NCBI GenBank assembly: GCA_963558245.1
Contig: CAUWGA010000003.1
Span: 1,709-65,708 of the forward strand
Origin: an uncultured Clostridia bacterium
Lineage (GTDB): Bacteria > Bacillota > Clostridia > TANB77 > CAG-508
DNA: 64,000 nt
Reading direction: 5' to 3'
In this document: positions 28,555 to 38,020 of the stretch, in pieces
How the letters are laid out: each line of letters opens with the position of its first letter
Numbering within the stretch: the first letter of the stretch is position 1
The notes under the pieces: generated by a model
What the model saw: only the letters and a program-made list of their open reading frames with translations
What the model was told of the DNA's origin: nothing
Databases searched by the model: none
Translations under genes and position numbers: made by a program

Positions 28555-31500
28555 TTATAAATTATCTTCATCATTATCTATGTTGTCTTGGGCTAAATCA
28601 TTACCATATAGTAATTCTTCGCCTTCATCATCTAAATCTTGGAATAGTTCGTCACTATCTTCTAAGTCTTCTTCAAGTAAAGAATCATTATCAAATTCTT
28701 CTCCATATCCATCTTCTAATTCATCTGATACAACAACTTCTTCTTCAGCTAAAATCTTTTTATCTTTTTCTGGATCATATTCGATTCCTTCGTCAATATT
28801 TTCTTTTAGCTCTAATTCTTGATTATCTTCAGAATATAAACGTATGTCTAATCCTAAAGATTGAAGTTCTTTAACTAATACTTTAAAGCTTTCTGGAACT
28901 CCTGGTTCTGGGATGTTTTCTCCCTTAACAATTGCTTCATAAGTTTTAACACGTCCTACAACGTCATCTGATTTTACTGTTAGCATTTCTTGTAATGTGT
29001 ATGCTGCTCCATATGCTTCTAATGCCCAAACTTCCATTTCTCCAAAACGTTGTCCACCAAATTGTGCTTTACCTCCAAGAGGTTGTTGAGTTACTAATGA
29101 GTATGGTCCAGTTGAACGAGCATGTATTTTATCATCAACTAAGTGGTGAAGTTTTAACATGTACATAACACCAACTGTAATTGGTTTATCAAATGGATCT
29201 CCTGTTCTACCATCATATAGAATTGTTTTTCCATCTTCACTCATACCTGCTTCTTTTAGTAGGTCTCTTACGTCTTGTTCTGTTGCTCCGTCAAATACTG
29301 GTGTAGAAATTTTCCATCCTAATGCTTTTGCAGCTCCACCCAAATGAACTTCTAAAACTTGACCTAAGTTCATACGAGAAGGAACACCTAATGGGTTTAA
29401 TAGGATATCTATTGGTGTACCATCTGGCATAAATGGCATATCTTCTTCTGGTAATACTCTTGAGATAACACCTTTGTTACCATGACGTCCAGCCATTTTA
29501 TCTCCAACTGATATTTTTCTTTTTGTTGCAATGTAACATCTAATAATTTGATTTACACCAGGTCCTAATTCATCTGAATTTTCTCTAGTAAATATTTTAA
29601 CATCTACTATTGTTCCAGCTTCTCCATGTGGTACTCTTAATGATGTATCTCTTACTTCTCTAGCCTTTTCACCGAAGATAGCTCTTAATAATCTTTCTTC
29701 AGCTGTTAGTTCTGTTTCACCTTTTGGTGTAACTTTTCCAACTAAGATATCCCCTGGCCTTACTTCTGCACCAATTCTGATAATTCCATTTTCGTCTAAG
29801 TCTTTTAATGAGTCATCACCAATATTTGGTATATCTCTTGTGATTTCTTCTGCTCCTAGTTTTGTATCACGACATTCGCAGTCATATTCTTCGATATGAA
29901 TTGATGTAAATACATCTTCTTTTACAAGTTTTTCGTTAATTAAGATAGCATCCTCGTAGTTGTAACCTTCCCATGTAGAGAAAGCAACTAATACGTTTTT
30001 ACCAAGTGCCATTTCTCCATTTTTAGTTGATGGTCCATCTGCTATGGCATCACCTTTTTTAACGATTTCTCCTCTTTTTACAATTGGTTTTTGGTTGATA
30101 CATGTTCCACCATTTGTTCTTTTAAATTTACGTAACTTATGTGTTACTGTTTTTCCATTTTTATATTTTACAGTGATATAATCTCCAGTAACTTTTTCGA
30201 TTACACCATCATCTTCTGCTAAGATTAAAATTCCAGAGTCTTTTGCTGCTCTATATTCCATACCTGTTCCAACTATTGGACTTTCTGTTACCATTAGTGG
30301 TACAGCTTGACGTTGCATGTTAGCACCCATAAGAGCTCTTTTTGCGTCGTCATGCTCTAAGAAAGGTATCATTGCTGCTGCTACAGAAACTAATTGTTTT
30401 GGAGATACGTCTACATATTGAACTCTATCTCTGTCAACTTCTATAACTTCATTTCTGTTTCTTACTCTAACTCTTTTATTTATAAATCTTCCATCTTCAT
30501 CTATTGGTTCTGATGCTTGAGCTATTATGTAATTATCTTCTACATCAGCACTCATATATTCAACTTCATCTGTTAATTGATGTGTTTCTGGATTAATTTT
30601 TCTATATGGTGTTTCTATAAATCCATATTCATTGATTTGTGAGAAACAAGAAAGTGCAGATATAAGACCAATGTTTGGTCCTTCTGGAGATTCGATAGGG
30701 CAAAGTCTACCATAATGTGTATAGTGAACGTCACGTACTTCGAATCCAGCTCTTTCTCTTGTTAATCCACCTGGTCCTAATGCTGAAATTCTTCTTTTAT
30801 GTGTTAATTCTGAAAGTGGATTTGTTTGATCCATGAATTGAGATAATTGTGAGCTTCCAAAGAATTCACGAATTGCAGATGTTATTGGTTTTGTGTTTAT
30901 TAATGTTTGAGGTGTTACAACATCTAAGTCTTGTATTGTCATTCTTTCACGAACTACTCTTTCAAGTCTTGTTAAACCAATTCTAAATTGGTTTTGTAAT
31001 AATTCCCCAACACAACGAATTCTACGATTTGATAAGTGGTCTATATCATCAGCTGAACCTAGTCCATGTGATAAATTTAATAACCAGCTTATAGATGCTA
31101 TCATATCTTCTGTTGTTATATGTTTTGGTATTAATTCTTCTATTCTTTCTTCTAATGCTTTTAGTAAATCTTTTTCTTCTGTATTATCAATTATACTTTT
31201 TAATACATTATAATTTACTAATTCTTTTATATTTAAACTGCTTAAATCTAATGTTGGTAATACTGCATGAATATCAACTGTACCGTTTCCTATAATTCTT
31301 ATAATTCTATCTCCTACAGTGATATCTACAATGTTAATTCCTGAATTTTGAATGTTTTTTGCTGTTTCTTCTGATATTACTTCTCCAGCTTGAACAAGAA
31401 CTTCTCCTGTTTCGCTATCTATAATATCTTTTGATGAAATTTTACCTTCAATTCTTGAAGCTAATGATAATTTTTGGTTGAATTTATATCTACCAACTTT

Positions 31501-32316
31501 TGCTAAGTCATATCTTCTATTGTCATAGAATAAACCATTAAATAAGTTCTTAGCAGCTTCTACTGTTGGTAATTCTCCTGGTCTTAATTTCTTATAAATT
31601 TCAATTAAAGCTTCGTCTTGGTCTTTTATTGTATCTTTATTTAGAGTTGTTTTTAGCAATTCTTCATCACCAAATAAGTCCAAAATTTGGCTATCTGTTG
31701 CTAATCCTATCGCTCTTAATAATGTACTTACAGGAACTTTTCTTGTTCTGTCAACACGTACCCAGAATATGTCGTTTCCATCTGTTTCATATTCTAGCCA
31801 TGCTCCTCTTAAAGGCATTACTGTTGAGTTGTATGTTCTTTTTCCTGTTTTTGTATCAAATTCTTCTCCATAATAACATCCAGGTGAACGTACTAATTGG
31901 CTTACTACAACTCTTTCTGCACCATTTATAATAAATGTTCCACTATCTGTCATAAGAGGGAAGTCACCTAAATAAATTTCTTGTTCTTTGATTTCTCCTG
32001 TTTCACGATTAATTAAACGTACTTTTACATGTAATCTTGTAGAATATGTTGCATCTCTTTCTTTTGCTTCTTCTACAGAGTATTTTGTTTTGTCCTCCAT
32101 GTAATAGTCAAAAAATTCAAGAACTAAGTTGCCTGAATAGTCCTCAATAGGTGAAATATCTTTTAATACTTCTCCTAATCCTTCATGTATGAAATTGTCG
32201 TATGAATCTTTTTGGACTTTAATAAGGTTTGGCATTTCAATAAAGTCGCCAACTTTTGCGAAATCTTTACGAGAAGCTTTCTCGTAGTTAACTTCTTTTA
32301 CTTTCAAAAAAATCAC
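28555..32316 (-). CDS. rpoB: DNA-directed RNA polymerase subunit beta
   Basis: [12 protein letters not shown] and other RpoB blocks. The track start is a GTG lying inside GAGGTGA, so the TTG at 32307 (MKVKEVNY...) is the better-spaced start. Confidence 0.96.
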   Translation of the reverse strand: MIFLKVKEVNYEKASRKDFAKVGDFIEMPNLIKVQKDSYDNFIHEGLGEVLKDISPIEDYSGNLVLEFFDYYMEDKTKYSVEEAKERDATYSTRLHVKVRLINRETGEIKEQEIYLGDFPLMTDSGTFIINGAERVVVSQLVRSPGCYYGEEFDTKTGKRTYNSTVMPLRGAWLEYETDGNDIFWVRVDRTRKVPVSTLLRAIGLATDSQILDLFGDEELLKTTLNKDTIKDQDEALIEIYKKLRPGELPTVEAAKNLFNGLFYDNRRYDLAKVGRYKFNQKLSLASRIEGKISSKDIIDSETGEVLVQAGEVISEETAKNIQNSGINIVDITVGDRIIRIIGNGTVDIHAVLPTLDLSSLNIKELVNYNVLKSIIDNTEEKDLLKALEERIEELIPKHITTEDMIASISWLLNLSHGLGSADDIDHLSNRRIRCVGELLQNQFRIGLTRLERVVRERMTIQDLDVVTPQTLINTKPITSAIREFFGSSQLSQFMDQTNPLSELTHKRRISALGPGGLTRERAGFEVRDVHYTHYGRLCPIESPEGPNIGLISALSCFSQINEYGFIETPYRKINPETHQLTDEVEYMSADVEDNYIIAQASEPIDEDGRFINKRVRVRNRNEVIEVDRDRVQYVDVSPKQLVSVAAAMIPFLEHDDAKRALMGANMQRQAVPLMVTESPIVGTGMEYRAAKDSGILILAEDDGVIEKVTGDYITVKYKNGKTVTHKLRKFKRTNGGTCINQKPIVKRGEIVKKGDAIADGPSTKNGEMALGKNVLVAFSTWEGYNYEDAILINEKLVKEDVFTSIHIEEYDCECRDTKLGAEEITRDIPNIGDDSLKDLDENGIIRIGAEVRPGDILVGKVTPKGETELTAEERLLRAIFGEKAREVRDTSLRVPHGEAGTIVDVKIFTRENSDELGPGVNQIIRCYIATKRKISVGDKMAGRHGNKGVISRVLPEEDMPFMPDGTPIDILLNPLGVPSRMNLGQVLEVHLGGAAKALGWKISTPVFDGATEQDVRDLLKEAGMSEDGKTILYDGRTGDPFDKPITVGVMYMLKLHHLVDDKIHARSTGPYSLVTQQPLGGKAQFGGQRFGEMEVWALEAYGAAYTLQEMLTVKSDDVVGRVKTYEAIVKGENIPEPGVPESFKVLVKELQSLGLDIRLYSEDNQELELKENIDEGIEYDPEKDKKILAEEEVVVSDELEDGYGEEFDNDSLLEEDLEDSDELFQDLDDEGEELLYGNDLAQDNIDNDEDNL

Positions 32317-32704
32317 CTCATAAAAAATTTTAAGCAGAATGAAAATTTATCTTTTTTAAAAGAAGTCCTTCTTAAAATTCAAGTTGCTTGTCTAAGTTTT
32401 TATATTGTCTGCTCACACAACTAAAACCCTAGGGCTACTTGACTTTAATTCCTCTTCTCTTAATTTTAAACTTTTGAATAAAAATATCTGCATATAATTT
32501 TATCATATAAAAACGTTATAGTCAACGGTTTGAATACAATTTGCCGCTTTTTTTATAAATTGTGCATTCAAAATTCTAATGCAACCAAAACTTAATATAT
32601 ATTTTAACTATTAAGCTGCATTTTTTATTGTTGTTATAATAATTTCATAGCTATTTTTAACCATATTATACTTTTGAAATTTTACTAATTTATACACAAA
32701 AAAT

Positions 32705-32729
32705 AAAAACCTCTAAATGCGAGGTTTTT
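32705..32729 (-). terminator. Rho-independent terminator after pilin-like gene P1
   Basis: AAAAACCTC / GAGGTTTTT stem, T-run on the minus strand, 6 nt after the stop. Confidence 0.65.
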
Positions 32730-32735
32730 ATTTTA

Positions 32736-34067
32736 TTACTTTGTATAAAAGTTTATAAATCTTTGTATACTTTGATATTCATTTACTGGATTGTTATTAG
32801 TAGAATCATATACTATTTTAGTATATGATGAATCCATAACATTTCCATTTGGTGCTATTACAAATCCTCCTGTATTATATGATGATTCCACCCATTTTCT
32901 CCAATTCATACCTGAGTCTAATCCATATTGTACACCATCTATATATATCGTAAACATTGGCATTTGCCAATTTGCCACTAACTCTAAGTTTCTATAAATT
33001 GATATTGTTTCAGATGGCAAATAAGTTTTAGCATCTCCATACCAATATGAAAAATTCCAGCCAGCTTTCGAAGGTGTTTGACTGCTTATAGTAATTGTTG
33101 CTGCAATTTCTTCTCCAGCATAGTTCATGTATACTGTTCCTGTTTGATTATCTGGTTCTACTGTTCCTCCATCTGCATTATAAGACACTGTTACTGTTTT
33201 ACTATAAGAAGCATAATATGTTTTATCTGTTGAAACATTTACTGTTTCATTAGGTAATACTTCAATTCTAGCATTTCCAGATTTTTCAGTTGACCATCCT
33301 CTTGTATAATATGTTTCTCCAGATACATTTATATTTCCTATTGTTAAAACTGTAATATCTGTACTAGTATTTTTATTATAAATCATTACCGGCTTATTAA
33401 TTGTTTCTGTATTTCGTCCATTATAATAATTAAATGTTATTGTTATGGTTTTACTATAGATAGCATATAAGGTTATATCACTTGTTCCCATATTTAAATT
33501 TTCTATTTTACTTGTCGCATTTTTATCTGTATTCCATCCAACAAACTCATATCCTTGTTTTGTTGCAGTTGGTGATAAATCTATTTTTGAACCGCTTTGT
33601 ATAGTATCTGTTGTTTTAGTTGATGAGCTTCCTCCATTTTCTGCATAATTATATGTTACTGTATATTTTCTTCCATCCTGTGTTTTTTCTAAGTAGTCGT
33701 CTAATTTTCCTTCTATTACATATCTCGGATTCTTTGTTGTTATAGAACCTGTTTCTTTATTAACATCATCTCTTGTAGCTATTATATCTTCTTTTAATAA
33801 TCCATCAATTATGTCTTCTAATGTTGGATTTCTATGTGTTCCTTCTACTTGAATTATTACTTGATCTATCCTCTCTTCCATATTTGCTTTTTCTATTTCT
33901 TCTTTTGCATTTTGTGCTTGCTTTATTATTCCATTATCTGATGTTATTGCTGCTATTGATACACCTGCAAGTATTAGCAGTACTATTATTGTTATTGCCA
34001 ATGCTATTACTGTAATACCTTTTGAATTTGTTTTTAAATTCTTATACACTTCTTTTTCTCTTTTCAT
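32736..34067 (-). CDS. Modular pilin-like protein P1: non-canonical class III-like signal/anchor plus Listeria-Bacteroides repeat cargo
   Basis: N-terminus is ...NSKG ITVIALAITIIVLLILAGVSIAAITSDNGIIKQAQNAK. The C-terminus has repeats with GYEFVGWNTD, YTRGWSTE, AGWNFSYWYGD and LVANW signatures. The GTG at 34049 aligns with the P2 start and may be the true start. Confidence 0.7.
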   Translation of the reverse strand: MKREKEVYKNLKTNSKGITVIALAITIIVLLILAGVSIAAITSDNGIIKQAQNAKEEIEKANMEERIDQVIIQVEGTHRNPTLEDIIDGLLKEDIIATRDDVNKETGSITTKNPRYVIEGKLDDYLEKTQDGRKYTVTYNYAENGGSSSTKTTDTIQSGSKIDLSPTATKQGYEFVGWNTDKNATSKIENLNMGTSDITLYAIYSKTITITFNYYNGRNTETINKPVMIYNKNTSTDITVLTIGNINVSGETYYTRGWSTEKSGNARIEVLPNETVNVSTDKTYYASYSKTVTVSYNADGGTVEPDNQTGTVYMNYAGEEIAATITISSQTPSKAGWNFSYWYGDAKTYLPSETISIYRNLELVANWQMPMFTIYIDGVQYGLDSGMNWRKWVESSYNTGGFVIAPNGNVMDSSYTKIVYDSTNNNPVNEYQSIQRFINFYTK

Positions 34068-34135
34068 CTTATGTTTTATTTATTTTGTAAATTTTTATCT
34101 TTACTTATGTATCTTATCAATATTTATAAATTAAT
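33683..34135. repeat. Duplicated 5' module (promoter, RBS, about 125 codons) shared with P2
   Basis: About 90% identical by eye to 35221-35670. Identity ends abruptly after ...GSITTKNPxYxIxGKLDxYLE. Confidence 0.75.
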
Positions 34136-34197
34136 GCAATACATCATTATACTTTTTAAAAAAAATATTAAAAAACTTAATTAATATTATTTAATTA

Positions 34198-34226
34198 AGC
34201 CATGAAAATATTGTATTTTCATGACT
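34198..34226. terminator. Hairpin downstream of P2; a related copy is at 35767-35805
   Basis: GCCATGAAAATA / TATTTTCATGAC stem. The T-run is only on the plus side, so its function for the minus-strand gene is uncertain. Confidence 0.35.
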
Positions 34227-34258
34227 TTTTGACAGTAATTATATTATTAATCTTTTAT

Positions 34259-35587
34259 CTATAAATATAAAATTGGTCTGAAGCAATGATAATCCCATTT
34301 GTCATCTAAAAATCCTGTATATCTTTGCTGAGTATTTGTTATATAATACCACCTTCCTCCACGTCCTGTACAAGGAGTAGAATCATCTCCAAACGTTTCT
34401 GTTGACCATTCCTCAGTATTACTTGCCATATCATATATATTACATATCTTATCTGATTTGCTTAGATGATTAGTTCCTTTCGGTTCTGTGGCATTATTAT
34501 TTATACTAACTTGAATAGAATATGGTTTTTCTTTATTTTCTCTATTATCACATGCTTGCAAAAATACTATTGCAGTATCCCATGCATAACTATTTACTAA
34601 ATCACTTTCAAAATTACTATTGTTATACATATTTCTACTTAAATCTGCTGCTTGTGGTTGTGTTACATAATTATACACGTAATTTTCTGCTGTACTTACA
34701 ACTTGATTTGTGTCACTTGTTGTTTCTGTTCTTGCTATTGTTGTATTTTTGTCTCTTGCTTCATATCTTCCTATGTAATATCCTTTACTTGTTGTCGCTT
34801 TTGTTTTAAAATCATCTATATTTTTTGCTGTAGTATTTCCTTTATATGATATTGATAATTCCTCAAAACTGTATTTATCTGCATCATCTCTTCTAATAGG
34901 ATTATTGCCATGATTTGTTTCTTTTCCTGTTACTTCATCAAATGTATATCTACTCAAATTTATCGTTACTTTTGTTTTATTTTTCTTTGTTACTTCTCCT
35001 ACTGGTATCCACACAAATTGGCTTCCTACTGTTGGTCTTGTTGTATCTACATCTTCTATTATTATTCCGTCTGGCACTGTTTCATCTGGATTTATTATCT
35101 TAAATCCTGCTGGGACTTTTACTTCATTTCCTAACTTGTCCTTTACAAGTGTATTGGTTGTTTCAGTTCCTGTTACTGTTCCTAATGTTCCTTGATCTGT
35201 TGGTTTACCGTTTTCTCCTGAATTTTCTAAATATTCATCTAATTTTCCATCTATTATATAACTTGGATTTTTTGTTGTTATAGAACCTGTTTCTTTGTTA
35301 ACATCTTGTGCTGAGCCTATTACTTCTCCTTTTATCAATCCTTCTATTACATCATTTAATGTTGGATTTCTATGTGCTCCTTCTACTTCAATTATTACTT
35401 GATCTATTCTTTCTTCCATATTTGCTTTTTCTGTCTCATCTTTAGCATTTTGTGCTTGTTTTATTATTCCATCATCTGATGTTATTGCTGCTATTGACAC
35501 CCCTGCAAGTATTAGCAATACTATTATCGTTATCACTAATGCTATTAATGTAATACCTTTTGAATTTGTTTTAAAGTTCTTATTCAC
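34259..35587 (-). CDS. Modular pilin-like protein P2: non-canonical class III-like signal/anchor plus FGE-sulfatase (SUMF1)-like domain
   Basis: N-terminus is MNKNFKTNSKG ITLIALVITIIVLLILAGVSIAAITSDDGIIKQAQNAK. C-terminal motifs are YYIGRYEA, NIYDMASNTEEW, RGGRW and a terminal CFRP. GTG start after AAAGGAGAAG. Confidence 0.7.
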   Translation of the reverse strand: MNKNFKTNSKGITLIALVITIIVLLILAGVSIAAITSDDGIIKQAQNAKDETEKANMEERIDQVIIEVEGAHRNPTLNDVIEGLIKGEVIGSAQDVNKETGSITTKNPSYIIDGKLDEYLENSGENGKPTDQGTLGTVTGTETTNTLVKDKLGNEVKVPAGFKIINPDETVPDGIIIEDVDTTRPTVGSQFVWIPVGEVTKKNKTKVTINLSRYTFDEVTGKETNHGNNPIRRDDADKYSFEELSISYKGNTTAKNIDDFKTKATTSKGYYIGRYEARDKNTTIARTETTSDTNQVVSTAENYVYNYVTQPQAADLSRNMYNNSNFESDLVNSYAWDTAIVFLQACDNRENKEKPYSIQVSINNNATEPKGTNHLSKSDKICNIYDMASNTEEWSTETFGDDSTPCTGRGGRWYYITNTQQRYTGFLDDKWDYHCFRPILYL

Positions 35588-35670
35588 TTTTCTTCTCCTT
35601 TCATCTTATGTTTTTTTATTTTGTAAATTTTATCTTTACTTATATATCTTATCAATATTTACAAATTAAT
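35221..35670. repeat. Duplicated 5' module shared with P1
   Basis: See 33683-34135. Confidence 0.75.
35627..35655 (-). promoter_or_regulatory. Candidate sigma-A promoter of P2
   Basis: Minus strand: TTGATA, a 17-nt spacer, then TAAAAT. The homologous P1 site is at 34092-34120 (TTGATA, 17 nt, TAAAAA). Confidence 0.4.
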
Positions 35671-35766
35671 TCAAGTCATTTCTATCTTTTATTTTTAAAT
35701 ATTTATTATTTTTATGTACTTTAGCAATATTGAATATTTATATATTATAAATCACCTATAATATTT

Positions 35767-35805
35767 TAAAAAGTCATAAAAATACTATATTTTCATGACT
35801 TTTTT
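35767..35805. terminator. Bidirectional-type hairpin after the AI-2E transporter gene
   Basis: AAGTCATAAAAATA / TATTTTCATGACTT stem flanked by an A-run and a T-run. Confidence 0.5.
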
Positions 35806-35809
35806 GCTT

Positions 35810-36955
35810 TTATTCTATTTCTTCATGTTTCATTCTTTTTATTGCTAATTTATAATCCACATAATCTTCAGCAATTATCTTAATAATTGCTACTACTGGT
35901 ACTGCAAGGAACATACCTAACATACCAAAATATGCCCCTCCTATTGTTATTGCAAATAATACTAATAGTGGACTAATTTTTAATGATTGCCCAACAATTT
36001 TTGGATTTATAATGTTCGCATCTATTTGTTGTAAAATTATTACAACTATTAACATCCATATAGCTTGACCTAATCCTCCAGTTATTAGAGTTATTAATCC
36101 TGCTATTGCAACTGCAATAATTGCTCCGATGTATGGTATCATATTAAATAATCCTATAAAGAAACCTAGTAATGGAGCATATTTTACTCCCATTATTGAC
36201 ATTGCTATTGTTACTAAAACACCTACAATTACAGCATCTATAAATTGACTAGCTATAAATCGGAAAAATATTTCATTTGAGTTATTATAATACTTATCTA
36301 TATTTTTATATACATTTTCTTTAAATATAGCTTCTGCAAATTTCTTTACAAACTTTATTATTTTTCCTCTTTCTGCCAGTACATAAATTGAAACAATTAC
36401 CGCTACAAATATATTTACTATTCCACTTACTGCATCTACTACTTTAGTTACATATCCCATTATTTTATCAAATTGGAAATATTGTTTAATATCTATATTT
36501 TGTACATTTTCTACCAATTTATTTATTACCTGGCTTTTCAAGAAAGAATCTTCTGGTAAATTATTATATCTATCTATTGCCATTGTATAATATGTCTGTG
36601 CGTTATTAATTAGGTCTATTACACTTTCCCAAACAACTGGTAAAATGACATTTATTAATATAATAATTATTAATAATACTATTAAATATACAGTTATTAT
36701 ACTTAGCGTTCGTGCTTTTTTTCTTACAAATCTATTTTTAGATTTTTTATAACTATTTTCTATTTTTTTACATGGCATATATAATAAATATGCCATAAAA
36801 ATTCCTACTAGAAATGGTGCTAAAATATTAAAAAATTGTCCTATAGCAGATGCTACACTACTAAAATTATCTAAAGCCTTATATAGTAATATTAATACAG
36901 TTCCTAGTAAAAACCAATAAAACCATTTTTTTCCGTGATTTTTTATTTCTCCCAT
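35810..36955 (-). CDS. AI-2E family transporter (PerM/YhhT-like permease)
   Basis: Polytopic membrane protein with the typical AI-2E length and helix pattern, including the C-terminal PLLVLFAITIGGAYFGMLGMFLAVP block. Confidence 0.7.
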   Translation of the reverse strand: MGEIKNHGKKWFYWFLLGTVLILLYKALDNFSSVASAIGQFFNILAPFLVGIFMAYLLYMPCKKIENSYKKSKNRFVRKKARTLSIITVYLIVLLIIIILINVILPVVWESVIDLINNAQTYYTMAIDRYNNLPEDSFLKSQVINKLVENVQNIDIKQYFQFDKIMGYVTKVVDAVSGIVNIFVAVIVSIYVLAERGKIIKFVKKFAEAIFKENVYKNIDKYYNNSNEIFFRFIASQFIDAVIVGVLVTIAMSIMGVKYAPLLGFFIGLFNMIPYIGAIIAVAIAGLITLITGGLGQAIWMLIVVIILQQIDANIINPKIVGQSLKISPLLVLFAITIGGAYFGMLGMFLAVPVVAIIKIIAEDYVDYKLAIKRMKHEEIE

Positions 36956-36987
36956 ATTTTTCTCCTTTTTTCTTTATTAAATGTCAC

Positions 36988-37019
36988 ATGTCCACTTTGG
37001 ACCTGTCCCTAAATAGACA
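36988..37019. repeat. GTCC/GGAC repeat family, solo unit D
   Basis: ATGTCCACTTTGGACCTGTCCCTAAATAGACA is the reverse complement of TGTCTATTTAGGGACAGGTCCAAAGTGGACAT. It overlaps the last three codons and the stop of xth. Confidence 0.75.
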
Positions 37020-37764
37020 TTTCTAATCCTACAGGACAGTGGTCACTTCCTAATATTTCTGAATATATTGTTGCTTCTTTTATTTGGTTTTCTATATCTT
37101 TTGATACTATAAAATAATCTATTCTCCATCCTACATTCTTTTCTCTTGCTTTCCTCATATATGACCACCAACTATATGCATTTTCTTTGTCTGGATATAA
37201 ATATCTAAATGTGTCTGTAAATCCAGCATCAAGTAATTCGGTCATTTTGTTTCTTTCTTCTATTGTAAATCCTGCATTTCTTGTATTTGTTTTTGGATTT
37301 TTCAAGTCTATTTCTTTATGTGCTACATTTAAATCTCCACACATAATTACTGGTTTAGTCTCATTTAATTTTAATAAATATTTTCTTATTTCGTCTTCCC
37401 ATATTTGTCTGTATTCAAGTCTTTCTAGTTCTCTTTTTGAGTTTGGAGTATATATAGTTACCATATAGAATTTATCAAATTCTAAAGTTATTACTCTACC
37501 TTCTTTGTCATGTTCTTCTATTCCTATTCCATATTTTACTGAAAGTGGTTCTTTTTTAGTAAATATAGCTGTTCCTGAATAACCTTTCTTTTCTGCACTA
37601 TTCCAATAACTTGTATAACCATCAAACTCTAATTCTACTTGTCCTTCTTGACATTTTGTTTCTTGTATGCAAAATATATCTGCATCAACTTCTTTAAAAA
37701 ATGTTTCAAACCCTTTTGTTAAACATGCTCTTATTCCATTTACGTTCCATGATACTAATTTCAT
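37009..37764 (-). CDS. xth: Exodeoxyribonuclease III
   Basis: MKLVSWNVNGIRA, CIQETK and a C-terminal GSDHCPV. The terminal MSI-TAG is encoded by repeat unit D. Confidence 0.9.
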   Translation of the reverse strand: MKLVSWNVNGIRACLTKGFETFFKEVDADIFCIQETKCQEGQVELEFDGYTSYWNSAEKKGYSGTAIFTKKEPLSVKYGIGIEEHDKEGRVITLEFDKFYMVTIYTPNSKRELERLEYRQIWEDEIRKYLLKLNETKPVIMCGDLNVAHKEIDLKNPKTNTRNAGFTIEERNKMTELLDAGFTDTFRYLYPDKENAYSWWSYMRKAREKNVGWRIDYFIVSKDIENQIKEATIYSEILGSDHCPVGLEMSI

Positions 37765-37952
37765 TCTTTAATTATACTTATAATTCTATTTTAGCTTAAA
37801 TTTCCAAATATAGAATCATTCTCCTTTCTTTTAACTTGAAACTATTTTACTATATATTCAAGCAAATATCAATAGAACAAATAATAACACAATAATATTT
37901 GTAGATATTATGTTTTATATATTATAAAAGTCATAGTAAAATTATAATATAC

Positions 37953-37999
37953 AAAAAACAGGTACTTTAAAGCTAAATTACTTTATTATTACCTGTTTT
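37953..37999 (-). terminator. Terminator after the YabE-like gene
   Basis: AAAACAGGTA / TACCTGTTTT stem followed by six T on the minus strand. Confidence 0.55.
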
Positions 38000-38020
38000 A
38001 TTTTAATATTCAATTAATTA

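Noticed and set aside
28555-28830. A long acidic C-terminal tail on RpoB (about 90 residues rich in Asp/Glu).
   Set aside because: Acidic C-terminal extensions of RpoB are common in Firmicutes. The total length (about 1250 aa) is within the normal range.
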